DNA of 64,000 bases, from assembly GCA_951406725.2 (NCBI GenBank), contig OX597825.1, positions 67,146,001 to 67,210,000 of the forward strand, written 5' to 3'. The stretch comes from Octopus vulgaris (Eukaryota). The position numbers and the translations under genes were made by a program. The notes beneath the pieces were generated by a model. It was not told the DNA's origin, did no database searches, and was given only the letters and a program-made list of their open reading frames with translations. This document shows positions 26,217-39,211 of this stretch, in pieces (the stretch's first letter is position 1; every line of letters begins with the position of its first letter).

Positions 26217-26744
26217 AATAATACCACCTTCCGATTTTTCAGTGTCTTAGTCAGAGTGGTTGGAGAAACATGATTATAATTGATTAAAGCGACTGCAGAA
26301 ACCAAGCTAAAATTCAGTGTGTCTCAAGAAACTAAGCTAGAGGTCAATTTGAATTCATACATAAACCGTGCTACAGTTGTTTCAATGACTGGACAAGACA
26401 AATTATATGCCGATTGTAGCAACCGGAGAAATCAAGCTGAAAATTAATTTAAGTGGTTATAGAAATCAAATTACAGGTTAGTGTGATTTGCTATACAAAC
26501 CAATGCAGAGCGAATCGAAATCCAATTTCCAACAAAAGCGTCAGTTAACCTGGCTGCAAAAATCAAAGCAAGTACTTGGTTTTGTGGTTATACGAAGCAA
26601 ACCAAAGTTGGGTTAAGAGAGGCTGAAAAAAAATACAAGCTCGCATGCATAGCCAGAGGTTGGTTTTTGCCCCTTTGCACTAGGGTTTGCAGGACAATAT
26701 TTTCAAAAAAAACCTTATGCAACATAGCCCACATATGTATAATT

Positions 26745-27060
26745 CTTTTCTACTCAGGGAACTGAAGTTTTGGTTGAGGGGAGAGGGCTAGTCGAGTATA
26801 CTGACCCCAGTGTCCAAATGGTACTTAATTTTTCGGCCCGAAAAGGATGAGACAAATCGATCTCGGCGTAATTTGAAATCACAAGATGAAACCGGAAGAA
26901 ATGCCACTCAGTATTTAGTCCGGCGTGTTAATGATTCTGCCAACTATCTATCTTAATAAATCTTTCATATTTCGTACAAGGCCAGCAATTTTAAGGATGG
27001 AGTTAGTCGATTACATCGACCCCACCGCTCAACTGGTACTTAATCTGCCAGCTTAGCACC
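26745..27060 (-). mobile_element. SINE family B short-tail diverged copies
   Basis: gaccccagtgtccaaatggtacttaat...gaaaaggatga and a second partial unit. Confidence 0.65.
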
Positions 27061-27159
27061 TTTTGCATATGTATAATATGAAGAACTCAGCCAAGAAAAA
27101 GGTCTGTGGGCTGCAATATCAAGTAAGTTAAAAGTAGGTGTTGCGCTAATGATATTCAG

Positions 27160-27358
27160 ATTGTTGTTTCGGTTCCTGGACTCGGTGATACGTTGTTCTG
27201 TTGTTGAGCAAAACACTTCATTTCACGTTGTTCCCGTCCAGTCTGCTGACAAAAGGAATAATCCTGCAACGGACCTGATTTCCGTCGAGAGGGTGAGTAT
27301 CTAGCTTCCACCCAATCCGACAAACCGGACTCATGAGCTAATGGCTCGAGAAGGACAA
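27160..27358 (+). mobile_element. SINE family C fragment
   Basis: ttgagcaaaacacttcatttcacgttg...ggctcgagaagga, matching 34850-35100. Confidence 0.65.
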
Positions 27359-28162
27359 GTTGATCCTTTGTTTTTTTATAGATAATTAGTGTAAAATAAT
27401 ATAAATTGATATTTGTGTAAATCACAAAATTGGCGTCTAATGCGTAGTTATACGCATTAGATGCGATTAATACCACCTGGCTCTACACTGTCTGTAATTC
27501 GTTAAGTATCTGCCTTGATTAAATTGAATGCCACATACATTTGCTTATATTTATGAGCTGAATTATTGGTAGTATTAATGAAAATACTGGATTTGAGATT
27601 TTACCCTAATCTGTTCGGATGTTATTTATTCAATTTTCATACTTCACTAAGTCTCTCAGGATAAAAACAGAGGTTGTCTGTCGGAATATAAAATTATTGT
27701 TCGAGAAATGTGCTATCTACATTAGCCAAAGAATTACTGATATATCATCAGCGATAAATTCGCCAGACATTGTCACTTCGAAATGAGGAAAACAAAATTA
27801 AAACATGTATAAAGTAGCATAAATAATTATTTTACAGCGTGTTAGGACGATTAAAATTAATCTCATTTGAATTTTGTCATTGTGAAGATATCCAACAGCT
27901 CTGACCAGTTTCAGCATGTTAAAAGAATAAATTTACACAAAACATTGTGCTTGCTGTCAACCAAATTTATGTTGCCCGCCCTGAGCTTAATTTACATAAA
28001 CCTCGACTTGTACGCGTGTCTATGTATTTGCGTGTGTGTGTGTGTAACTATCAGATGATTTTATACTGTAGCAGAGGAAACTTAAATTTTTCAACTTTCT
28101 TCGTGCAGTAAATGGGAAAATACAATATAGTATAATTGGATAACTATAACTTTCCAGTTCTT

Positions 28163-28580
28163 GAGGGCGACGAACTGGCACAATTGTTATAAGGCCGGGC
28201 GCATTGTCTAGCGGTATTTCGTCTGCCTCTTCGTTTTGAGTTCAAATTCCGCCGAGGTCGACTTTGCTTTTCATCCTTTCGGGGTCGATTAAATAAGTAT
28301 CAGTTGAGCACTGGGGTCGATGTAATCGACTTAATCCGTTTGTCTGTCCTTGTTTGTCCCCTCTATGTTTAGCCCCTTGTGGGTAATAAAGAAATAGGTA
28401 TTTCGTCTGCCTCTTTGTTTTGAGTTCAAATTCCTCCGAGGTCGACTTTGCCTTGCCATCTTTCGGGGTCGATTAAATAAGTACAAGTTACACACTGGGG
28501 TCGATGTAATCGACTTAATCCGTTTGTCTGTCCTCGTTTGTCCCCTCTATATTTAGCCCCCTGTGGGCAATAAAGAAAGA
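28163..28580 (+). mobile_element. SINE family B dimer
   Basis: Head-body-tail, junction aaagaaatag|gtatttcgtc at ~28397, then a second body-tail. Confidence 0.9.
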
Positions 28581-28745
28581 TATAACTTTCCAATTTTTCA
28601 TTAGTTTGCCAAAGGGAATTTTATTTTTACGATACCAATCGAATAAATCCGAGGAAATAACTATACGGTTCCTTGAACTACTTCAATGCGTTGACAACTC
28701 CCCCACCCCATATTACATATTGCCGTGTTAGGGAAGGGATTGTTA

Positions 28746-29328
28746 TGATCTTTACTTTTGGACCTACAGATTTAAAAAGTAATTATTTGTAACTAAATAC
28801 TTTCAAACTTCGGACACTGGTAGAATGTATCATGTAAAATATCTTTTACTCTTAGCATTTTTGAGAAAAACTTATATTTACGAAGTTATTTCACATCAAA
28901 GTTCTCGTATTTCGGTAATTTCAACCAACCAGTGACGTGTATTCAGCTGAATAAAATTACTGCTGTTGCTCGTCAATAAGAACTTCCGGCGGTGTATATT
29001 TCGTTTGTCCTTGTTATTTATGACAACACTAGCCGTAAAACCCTAACTTTAAAACCCGTACAAACGTACGAACGATGTCATCGCTGATAGTTTTTGTTGA
29101 CAAACAACGGCAGTAATTTTATCCAGCTGAATACACGTCATTGATTGGCTGAAATTACCGAAATACGAGAAATTAGACGTGAAATAACTTCGTAAATATA
29201 AGTTTTTCTCAAAAATGCTAAGAGTAAAAGATATTTTATATGATACATTCTACCAGTGTCCGAAGTTTGAAAGTGTTTAGTTACAAAAAACTATTTTTTA
29301 AAATCTGTCGGTCAAAAGGTAAAGATCC
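28746..29328. mobile_element. Foldback MITE with ~250-bp TIRs and 8-bp TSD (Merlin-like termini)
   Basis: (G)GATCTTTAC...GTAAAGATCC, flanked by GATTGTTA / GATTGTTT. Confidence 0.8.
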
Positions 29329-30585
29329 GATTGTTTTTCTACAAAATAGTTTTAAGTACACTATTCTAAATAGCCAATGTGATGGTCACTACTAAAACAG
29401 CTGTTCATAATTCTTTCTCATTTTGGCAACTGACAAAAAAAAAAATTCGATTAGAGGGAAGACGATCACCTCATTCTCAGTACTAGACTGCGGATGATGT
29501 AATCGACCTTCGAATTCAGAACGAAACGTCCGAAGAAAAGCCACAAAGAATTTTGTCTAATATGTTACTGATTCTGCCAGCTCGCTGCCTGGGAACACTT
29601 TTGCAAATGAATTATTTAGCTCTGTTCATGATAGACGTAGACCTAAACAACAATAAAATCTATTCCAGGATTATCTGCATTGAATCGCCTCTTATAAACA
29701 AAGAGTAGAGTGATGTCACACCAATTTCTGTATCACCAGAAGATGGCATTTAAGAAGTATTTCTTTAAATGTAAGCTCTTAAAACCTAAACATTTTGAGG
29801 ACGTAAACGATAACTACAAAAATGATCAGCTGAATTGAATAGATTTTTTCCTGTCACTTTTGTTCAGACAAGTTCAGCCTCTCACCTCCTGTAGACCTAG
29901 AATATAAGAGCCATTTTTCGACGTGAACATCATCATTTATTTTTCTGTTAAACTTAGTGTAACCCAATTGAATTCTCCACCGAGATTCTTCTAACATAGT
30001 AAGGTATAGTTTCAGAGAGGTTTTTACCCAATATCCAACGATGTTTTATTTCTGTTTACAAATATATTTCTTTTCTTATCTACAAAACACCCTATCGTTA
30101 AAAGAGGAATCAATACTGCGTCGTAATTTGTTTTCTAAAGAATATTAGTCGCTGAAGGAATTGATCTAATTCTTAAACATCTTGTACATTGTGTCCTAGT
30201 ATTAACTACTTTTCTTTGTTAATTTATTTTATATTATTTTACTTATTGAATTGATATCGCATTACGCGAACAATTTCCAAATAAAAATAAATAAACATAC
30301 ATGAATGCTTCACTGAGCATCTGATGACCACGGACACAAGGGGTTATCTTGGCAACTCGAACCAAAACAAACACGTATGCTATTTTTTTTATTTGAAAAC
30401 ACGTCTTTCTTCATTTTACTTCGTTTCCATCGATCGATATATTTGACATCACCGAGATATATGGGCGAAAAATACTCCCTACCATACTCACACAGATACG
30501 TACATACATACACGCATATATACACATTTTCACACGCACGTACCTACGTATATATATATAAGTGTGTGCGTGTGTACCTATATAA

Positions 30586-30627
<42 letters not shown>

Positions 30628-30899
30628 TATATTTTATGACATTTCCATCTACGCAACTTCACAAAAAAGTTAATGGTGAAATCGATGTTAGGGAGGATGA
30701 AAAATGACCAATGTGCCACCGAATCTCCACGTGATGTGTTCAAGTGCCAGACGCGTAGATACACATAGAAATTTCCATGCATATTCACATACATAATATT
30801 GATTAATGCACACAGCTACCTACACATTTACCTATCTGTCTACCTATATATGTATATATTTATAAATGAGAGTGAAAAATTGATATTAATTTAATAATA

Positions 30900-30901
<2 letters not shown>

Positions 30902-30990
<89 letters not shown>

Positions 30991-31010
30991 TAAGAGAGAG
31001 AGAGAGAGAG
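30902..31010. repeat. (TA)n(GA)n microsatellite
   Basis: Directly visible. Confidence 0.95.
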
Positions 31011-31302
31011 CAAGATAGACCACCTACTTTCTGGACACTCTCCAGGTTCTCATAATCGACATCAGCTTACACAGATGCACAACTACCTGTGTATATATTT
31101 AGAACCTGTCGACAAAGTTCAGCACCTCTTGATCAGAGTAACCTTTAATTCGCAAAGGCTTTGAAACAAACGGTTCCGGAAAATTGGGATCACCACCACT
31201 TCATTTATCGCCCCTTCTTCTTAGCTCTCCTGTGTGACCCCTCTGTCTGGCATTCGCCACTACACATTCTTTATTTTCGCTCCCTGTTTCTTTCTGTGTT
31301 CA

Positions 31303-31337
31303 TTTCCGTGGAAGAGCGAAGGCTCGAAACGTTAAAG
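31303..31337 (+). ncRNA. Degenerate hammerhead-like motif in a short (TA)n-flanked element (~31020-31430)
   Basis: TTT-CCGTGGA-A-GAGC gaag GCTC-GAA-ACGT-T-AAAG. Helix II, GAAA and palindromic ACGT are intact, but the core deviates at positions 4 and 6. Confidence 0.35.
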
Positions 31338-31903
31338 ACATTTTAATTCCCCAGCGTTAAAGTAATACATCTGTTTGTTGTCTACACCACCTGTCTTTAT
31401 CTTTTGTTTTTTTGTGTGAATTCTCCCCTAAATATATATTATATATATATATATATGTGTGTGTGTGGCACGGTTCCACATGTTCTGCGTTTAAACAATT
31501 CTTCTAAAAAGATATTGGTTCGTTTGAGAGTGTAAAACATGATGTCTGACCAAAGTGTATGTTAGCGATCATACGATTCGTAAGTCTAGAATTCACGGCG
31601 AAATGTTTCGCAATTACAAACTAAGCACATGTAATATGAAATGAAGGTACACTAGAAACTAATTCAGTATGATTCAGTTTTGAAGGAAAGTGATTAACTT
31701 TTACTATAAATACCAACAAATTTCGTCTCACGACTATCTGTTAATTGCGGTCTCTCCAAGCGCAAAGATTGAGTTGATTATGATTACAAATACACAAACA
31801 TGTATATAGATATGCGTCAGTGTTGTGTGTGTATATATGTATATAATATATACACATGCATATGTATATATACACACATATATGAATGTTATGAACTATA
31901 TAA

Positions 31904-32565
31904 GGATCTTTACCTTTTGACTTTCAGATTTAAAAAATAATTTTTTGTAACTCAACACTTTCAAACTTCGTACACTGATAAAATGAGTCGTATAAAACAT
32001 CTTTTACTCTTAGCATTTTTGAGAAAAACGAATTTCACGTTAAAGTAGTCCTATTTCGGTAATTTCAACCAATCAATGACGTGTATTCAGCTGAATAAAA
32101 TTACTGCCGTTCTTTGTCAACAAGTATTTCCGGCGGTGTATTTTTTGTTTGACAACCCTAATCCTAAAGCCCTAACCCCAAGCATAAAACCTTAACTCTA
32201 ACCCTAATCCTAAACCTAAAATCCCAACCCTAAATCCCCAACCCTAGCCCCAAAACCGTAAATCTAGAACATGTACAAACGCACGAACGATGTCTTAAAT
32301 AACAGTGACAAACGAAAAATACACCACTGATAGTTGTTGACAAACAACGACAGTAATTTTATTCAGCTGAATAAACGTCATTGATTGGTTGAAATTACCG
32401 AAATAAGACTACTTTAACGTGAAATAACTTCGTAAAATATAAGTTTTTCTCAAAAATGCTAAGAGTAAAAGATTTTTTATATGACATATTCTATCAGTGT
32501 CCGAAATTTGAAAGTGTTTAGTTACAAAACCTATTTTTTAAATCTGTAGGACAAAAGGTGAATCC
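31904..32565. mobile_element. Second foldback MITE of the same family, with central telomere-like (CCCTAA)n
   Basis: GGATCTTTACC...GGTGAATCC, perfect 8-bp TSD CTATATAA (31896-31903, 32566-32573), degenerate ccctaa units at ~32155-32260. Confidence 0.85.
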
Positions 32566-34014
32566 CTATATAAATATGAAGGTGCCTTTATATATATGAA
32601 CTATATAGCTATGAGGGTGCCTTTATAACGTCGGAAAAAAGTGTGGATGCGGAAAAAAAAAATTGCGAAAGTGAAGGGACTGGTGAGAGTGAAGCTATCA
32701 GGAAACAGTTTTGGTGCAGATGATAGAAGTATTTAGATATCTAGGGAGAGGTATGAAGGATTCATGGATGGATTTGCTAAACATGTAAAACTGGTGAAAT
32801 GGTGTTCGTTGCATGAGATTCCACCTCCTGTAATCGATTTCAAAAAATTGAATAGAAAAATTCTAATGTAATTTTGTGGGAAAAAAGACTATTGAAATAG
32901 ATATTCATTTTATGAAAAAGAGAAAAACTGTCGAAATGTAATCACTCGACTTCGGAAGTCGAGTGAGCATTGCGCCTCTTTTTACACTCTTTCATATTTT
33001 CATTCGTTTCTTTTAAGTTTTTTCTTCTTATTTCATTTCCTTTTTGTATTTTTAAGTTCCCCGAGTTTATGTTTGTCACGTTTTGTATTTGTCCCATTCT
33101 TCGTATAGCTCCCTGTAGGTAATAAAAAATTGATATATGAATGTGATGTAGACATGTAGTGTGCATACCAGTATCCCTTCTCAACGCTGGTGGAAAGCTG
33201 TATCGGCCTTTTCCCTTTTCAAATGAAAGACAAACCCCGATACAGCTTGGAATCTATGATATCACAATTGTTTTCTAGAGCTAAATGGAGTAACGTGAAA
33301 TAAAGGGTCATTAAAGTGTCTTGTTGAAGAGCACAACACACACACACACACACACAATGATCAATGAAATTCCAATTTATTCTTATTTTCAGGTTTTTAT
33401 TATTTATAATTTTATAAATTTGAAATAAACTAGTACTTTCATGAGTTGCGCAATCATCCGGGTTATGTTGTGACACCCGTGTTTCACAAACACACACGAA
33501 TATATACATATATATATAATATTTTATTATATTATACTTGTCAATGTTAACAAACTCATTTTGTGAGGATTTCTTAAAAGTGTTGTATTACAATAGGTTT
33601 TACGTACACATATCATGCGGTTCGTGACAATTTTCTGCATCAGTACTAACTTTAAAAACTTTGGTATCTTCATGAAAGTAACCGCTAGGATACCAGGCTA
33701 ACTAAAGTTGTTTACAATAGAATATTCTTCATGTTTGAAAATTTAACTAAGGCTTGTTTTGTTTGGTTTGTATTACTTAAATGTCACGAATTTAATACCT
33801 CCAAATCGATGTAGGTATGAACTACCGTTAAACCAAATGTTCAAAGCAAATATAATTTATGCATGATTCTGACGAAACTCTCTGCAGTTATATGTCTATG
33901 TGCCAATATAGTATTGCTCATGAGATCCAACTGTATACCAACGAAAGAACTTTCTCAAAACCATTCTTCTTGGTTGTAATTGTAGAATTACTGTTGATAT
34001 TTGTAAATTTTGCC

Positions 34015-34420
34015 CGCACCGGGAAAAATACTTAGCGGCATTGCGTCTGCCTTTAGGTTCTGAGTTCAAATTCCGCCGAGGTCGACTTTGATTTCATCCG
34101 TTCGGGGTCGCTGAATTAAGTACCAGTTGCGTACAGGGTCGATCTAATCGACTATCCCGCCCCCTAAAATGTTGGGCCTTGTGCCTAGAGCAGAAAAGAT
34201 ATTTGTAAATTTTGTCGACAGCAGGAAAAATGCTTAGTGGCATTTCGTCTATCTTTTAGGACCTGAGTTCAAATTCCTCCGAGGTCAACTTTGCCTTTTA
34301 TTATTTCTGGGACTTTGAAATAACAGTCGAGCAAGTACCTGTTGATAACTGGGGTCGATGTAATCGAATTAGCCCCATGTAAGAATTGCTTGCCTTTTAC
34401 CAAAAATTTGAAACCAATAT
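34015..34420 (+). mobile_element. Two SINE family B short-tail copies
   Basis: ttctgagttcaaattccgccgaggtcgactttg... twice. gatatttgtaaattttg flanks the first copy (33997 and 34198). Confidence 0.75.
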
Positions 34421-34849
34421 TGTAATGTTATTTTATACTCTTTATTTTATGTAGAAACTTAATTGAAACGCAATTCATGTATAGCTGTAAGCCTGCTGTT
34501 TACAGATGTGATTTTAAAGTTATTTTCGTGAAAACCTCAGCATGTGCACTAAATTCTGTTGAATCAGCAATCTGGAAATCTCGTATATAAAATCAAAGTT
34601 TTACATTGTAAGCAAGTTGCTTCTCTTGTTGAATATCTATCCCCAAAAGGTAAATAAACTACGAAAGTAATACGTAAAAAAGATACTGCAGTATAATACA
34701 AAATTAAAGTTATCACGTACATCTGTCTAATCTCTTTACATTAGCGATCACGAGTGGTACACTGATTAGGAAGTTTTCGTATATTTATATATGGCTGTGG
34801 CAATTTTTCCTGAGTAAGGTTATTCAACTTTCTCCTATGTATTATAAAT

Positions 34850-35410
34850 AGTGTGGAGGCGCGTTGCTTAGTGGTTAGGGTGTTGAACTTATGAACGTAA
34901 GGTTGTAGTTTCGATTCTTGGAACGAGCGATGCGTTGTGTTCTTGAGCAAAACACTTCATTTCACGTTACTCCAGTACACTCAGCGGGCAAAAATGTATA
35001 ATCCTGCGACCAACCCGCATACCGTCTAGGTGGGGAATTTCTACGCCACTGAAACCGGGAAACCGGCCTTTATGATCCTGCCATGGCTCGAGAAGGAACA
35101 TTTATAGTGTGGAGGCACATGACCTAGTAGCTAGAGCAGCGGACTCGCGGTTGAAGGATCGGGGGTTCAAATCTCAGACCGGGTGATGTGTGTGTTTATG
35201 AGCGAAACACCTAAGTTCCACCGGGCTCCGGCAGAAGGTAATGGCGAAACTTGAGCTGACTCTTTCGCCACAGCTTTCTCTCACTCTTCCCTCCTGCATC
35301 TTGCAGCTCACCTGCAACGGACCGGCGTCCCGTCTACGTGGGGAACCTATACGCCAAGGAAACTAGGAAACCGGTCCTTATAAGCCAGGCATGACTCGAG
35401 AAGGAACAAA
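34850..35410 (+). mobile_element. Two adjacent tRNA-derived SINEs (family C and relative) sharing a 3' end
   Basis: Each starts gtggaggc.c.tg.c.tagt.g.tag (A box), has a B-box-like gtttcgattc / ggttcaaatc, and ends ctcgagaaggaaca. Confidence 0.8.
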
Positions 35411-35485
35411 CATTATAGATAGTGTCATATTGAAACAGAGATTATTGCTATCTAACGGGAAAACGTTGAGTCAAATGTGAAAGAA

Positions 35486-35972
35486 AGAAAATACCGATTA
35501 TTCTATGCTTGGCAATACAGACATAGCATATTTCATACCTGGTTGGCATTAAAAGGAGTGGTGGTGGAGAAGGTAATCTCAATAATATAATGCTGACTTC
35601 TAATATTCTGATGTCGCCCTGTGTGTTTTCCGGTAGATATATCCATGGTAGCCATCACCTATGGCGACCATTTCAGAGAAAATGACAAAATATCGGAACT
35701 GTTTTTCATGACACTATCGATCCGGCAAAGGTTTTATTGCTTGTGTGTAATTTGGTACTTGAACAATCATTGCAAAATTTATCGGTATTACATGACATCC
35801 TTTTTGAGGCAAAGAACAAGATTGTTATGTCAAATGGCATAAAATTAGTGTTGCTGGTATGATATTGATGAAATATCAATTGGTAACAAGAACATGTATT
35901 AAGGAAATAAATTCACTGGAATTGAAACTAGCATCGGATGTTTCTTTTTTGACGTTGGCCAGATTCATATAT
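35486..35972. repeat. ~490-bp direct repeat, copy 1
   Basis: Aligns end to end with 39212-39700 at high identity. Confidence 0.9.
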
Positions 35973-36007
35973 AGATAAAATATTTCCCTGCATTATGATC
36001 TAATTCT

Positions 36008-36220
36008 TAAGGTGGCGAGCTGGCAGAATGCAGAATCGTTAGCAGCATTTCAGCTATCTCTGCATTCTAAGTTCAAATTCCACTGAGGTTGACTTTGCAA
36101 GTTTTGATATCGGGATCGATAAAATAAGAAGCATTTTAAGAACTGCTGATCGATGTAATCGACTAAGCCACACACACACACTCGAAATTGCCCGCCTTCT
36201 GCCAATTATTGAAACAATTA
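36008..36220 (+). mobile_element. SINE family B diverged copy
   Basis: aaggtggcgagctggcagaa...gttcaaattccactgaggttgactttg. Confidence 0.65.
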
Positions 36221-37297
36221 TAATCTAATTCTATCTCCATAACACCCATAGAATCAATATTAGCGTCTAAATCTTTAATTTAAAACAATATCTACTGAAC
36301 TAGAAAATATAATCAAGTAAGATATCTCATAAGAATCGAAGCAAGAATATATATAAATTTACTTTAAGCCAATAATATCTTCATAAATTTTAAAGCTTTG
36401 CCAATACAAAATCAGTGCCTGACTTAATTATATATAATTTAATCAAAAAAACCGTATTGAGATGAAACACTTCCTGCATTTAAATATTTTAGTTGCCAGC
36501 ATCTAGCTCTAAATACATGAATGTACACTATACGCATATAACTAAATATAAAAATATATTGTCATGCATATATATTAAAGTATACATTCGAGAAATTTTG
36601 TTATATATAATTCAGTTTTTTTTTTCTTTTGTTTAAATCGATTTAATGTCTGAGTACATTGGCAGCGACGAAACCGAGATTTTGCTACAGACACTACATC
36701 ACCTGCAGGCATTCTATTTTGAGGCACCGTATCAAAGACTACTCATACAAATGATTAGTTAAGTAATTTGTTAACTCACAGTCTAATACTCTCAAGTACT
36801 ATTACATCAGCAACTAGTGCTACTACTAATCATTATAATTATATTTTCCAGTATACGCACAACGCCTCAAATTTGTGGGGAGGGTCTAGTGCATAACGGT
36901 GAATAGAGATTCGACATCGAAAGTATGAAAGACAAAATTTACGTTGGGAGAATTTTAATTCTGGTCGTAATGATAGACGAAATGTCGTAAAGTATTTTCA
37001 CCTGCTTGCTACGAGTTCTGCGATAACAATAATAATAATAATAATAATAATAATGATAATAATCCTTTCTACTAAAAGCAAAAAAGCTTTAAATTTTGGT
37101 CGAGGGGACAAGTCGATTACTTCGACCCCAGTGTTTTACTGGTACATATATGTATCTTCACATAGATAAACAGATATATAGATCGAATATATATATATAT
37201 ATATAAATTTGTATATGTATATAAAAATTTATATATATATATATAATTTCGATCTATATATCTATCTGTGAAGAATACACACACACACACACACACA

Positions 37298-37335
<38 letters not shown>

Positions 37336-37437
37336 AATGGAAAACAAAGCAATAAATTGAATAATTATAGATTCAGTTCAATTTCAATATTTTACACAAA
37401 CAAATGGCACAACCCAAATTACACCAAGGTAAATTGT

Positions 37438-37470
<33 letters not shown>

Positions 37471-39211
37471 GTGTGTGCGTATGTGTATGTATGTGTGCAT
37501 ATATATGTGTATGTATGGATATATATATATATATATATGTGTGTGCATATATGCATATATTTATGCGTATATGTGTGTTTGTGTGTGTGTAATCATGTTA
37601 CCTCAGGGCCACAATTCACAACGCTGTTGTAGGAACGCCGTGGTCATATATGTAGTATAGGACTTTCTTAATCCAGCTTACAGAGAGACGCACAGATCCT
37701 CAAAGAGAGAGAGGGAGAGATAAAAAAAAGAAGCGGGGAAAGAAAATAAGATCAACTCGGAAAGAGGGACCTTTATGGTAATCGACCCTAAAACGCTGTT
37801 GATCAACAGATCTCTTGACTTCTTACTTGCCAATGTACACATGGATTTTTACTTTATATAACAATTTTTAAAACGTCTATGTGTAATGACTATATTAAAA
37901 TCTTTGATTTAATGGAATGTTTCCTTGATTAAAAGTTACGGCAGCCGTACGTTAAATGATTGCTCCACAACTACAATTGCTGTTAATCTTGGAATATATC
38001 AGCTCTCACATTATTTAAAGTCTACATGTATCTACTCTATTACTTTTGGCGTTTAATATTTGGTTCAATTGTAACATTCAACCATGCAATTGTAGTGTCA
38101 CCGAATTACTGCAGCTTAACGCCTAAACAATTATGAAATTATCTTTTATCGAGTTAATGTCATGCCTCTCAATCAGTACTGTCTTAAAACAAGTGTACTC
38201 TGACCAATTTACCTGTGGTCTCATGTATCTAGCGACACAATTCATCTGTTGCTTTGCATTTAGGGGGAGGGGCTATGTGCATTATAGACCTCGAGAGGTC
38301 TATAATTCTATTAAATCGGGCCTGTTCTCAATGGATAAATCGCACTTAATCACATCCTGTTATGTCCATGAAACCATTTTAAAGCGGTCATGAAGATCGG
38401 AAATTCAGCTTTTCATTCTCAAGTAAGAACACAATTGCTCTGCCGGGTTATGCATGATAATTAAATGATAAAACCACTACTTTTAATGTTTTATGGTTCA
38501 GATTAGCTCACAGCAACGGAGGAAATTTTTGACAACTTTGGTGATAAAAAAATTTCTAGTTATTAACTAATACAATACAAATTCAAAAGCAGAAAAATGC
38601 AAATATTGCCATTAAAATAGCCAGACATCCTCATGAAAATAATAGTTATAATAAAGCCTTGCAGCCTAATTAATTCATCAATTACTGATTACCAACTCAC
38701 AAATGAGATGAAGGAAACCAAAAATAGGGACATACTCCTGATGTCATATTTATTTATGCAGGAGTCTTTATCATTAAACACACACCGCTGAAAATATCTT
38801 CTCAGCATAAAAGGAGACTGTTTAACTGGATGTGTATTCAACTTAGATAATATATATGCAAATACTAACACCGATAAGCATTCAGTTATATCATGTTGAA
38901 CGTAAAGCCATTTTGGACGCATAAATATCTGGCAAGCCTGATAACAGATAGCCAAACAGGCTGTCAAATCGACCGGTGATAGGCTGACCAGATGGATAGA
39001 TAGATAGTTAGATTGATAGAAGTGTGAATGAGAGAAAGTAAAGCTTCTTGACTGTACCTCGGAGATCTACATATCCTTTTCCTCAAATCAATGAAATTGG
39101 GAAAGAGCGTGATGTTACATAGGGTAATAGACAAAATTCTCTTGTACAGGTGTTTGTTGAATGTGGTTCTGAAGATATAACATCAGGAAGTTTTTCCTCA
39201 TGTGACAGAAT

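Larger units (their letters stand above)
24227..26246 (-). mobile_element. ORF1/gag-only non-autonomous retroelement (HAL1-like organisation) with 17-bp TSD
   Basis: TTAGTCAGAGTGGTTGG at 24210-24226 and 26247-26263. Broken minus-strand ORF with PSYATA, LEVRFATEE and the zinc knuckle CSTCGEKGHMKAWC. No endonuclease or RT motifs seen. Confidence 0.7.
24050..26640. repeat. Degenerate ~32-33 bp tandem repeat interrupted by the 24227-26246 insertion
   Basis: Units like gtggctgcagaaaccaagctanagttnagt recur at ~24050-24226 and 26247-26640. Confidence 0.45.

Noticed and set aside
26247-26640. 33-bp periodicity as an 11-aa coding repeat
   Set aside because: Stops interrupt the best frame and the period varies between 32 and 33 bp.
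34850-35200. tRNA-like sequences
   Set aside because: They are SINE heads with degenerate cloverleafs continuing into SINE bodies, not tRNA genes.
37750-37804. GATCAAC...GGG...CCC-TAAAACGCT-GTTGATC hammerhead-like geometry
   Set aside because: Both core strands deviate from consensus (no NUGANNA, TAAA instead of GAAA). At best a dead relic.
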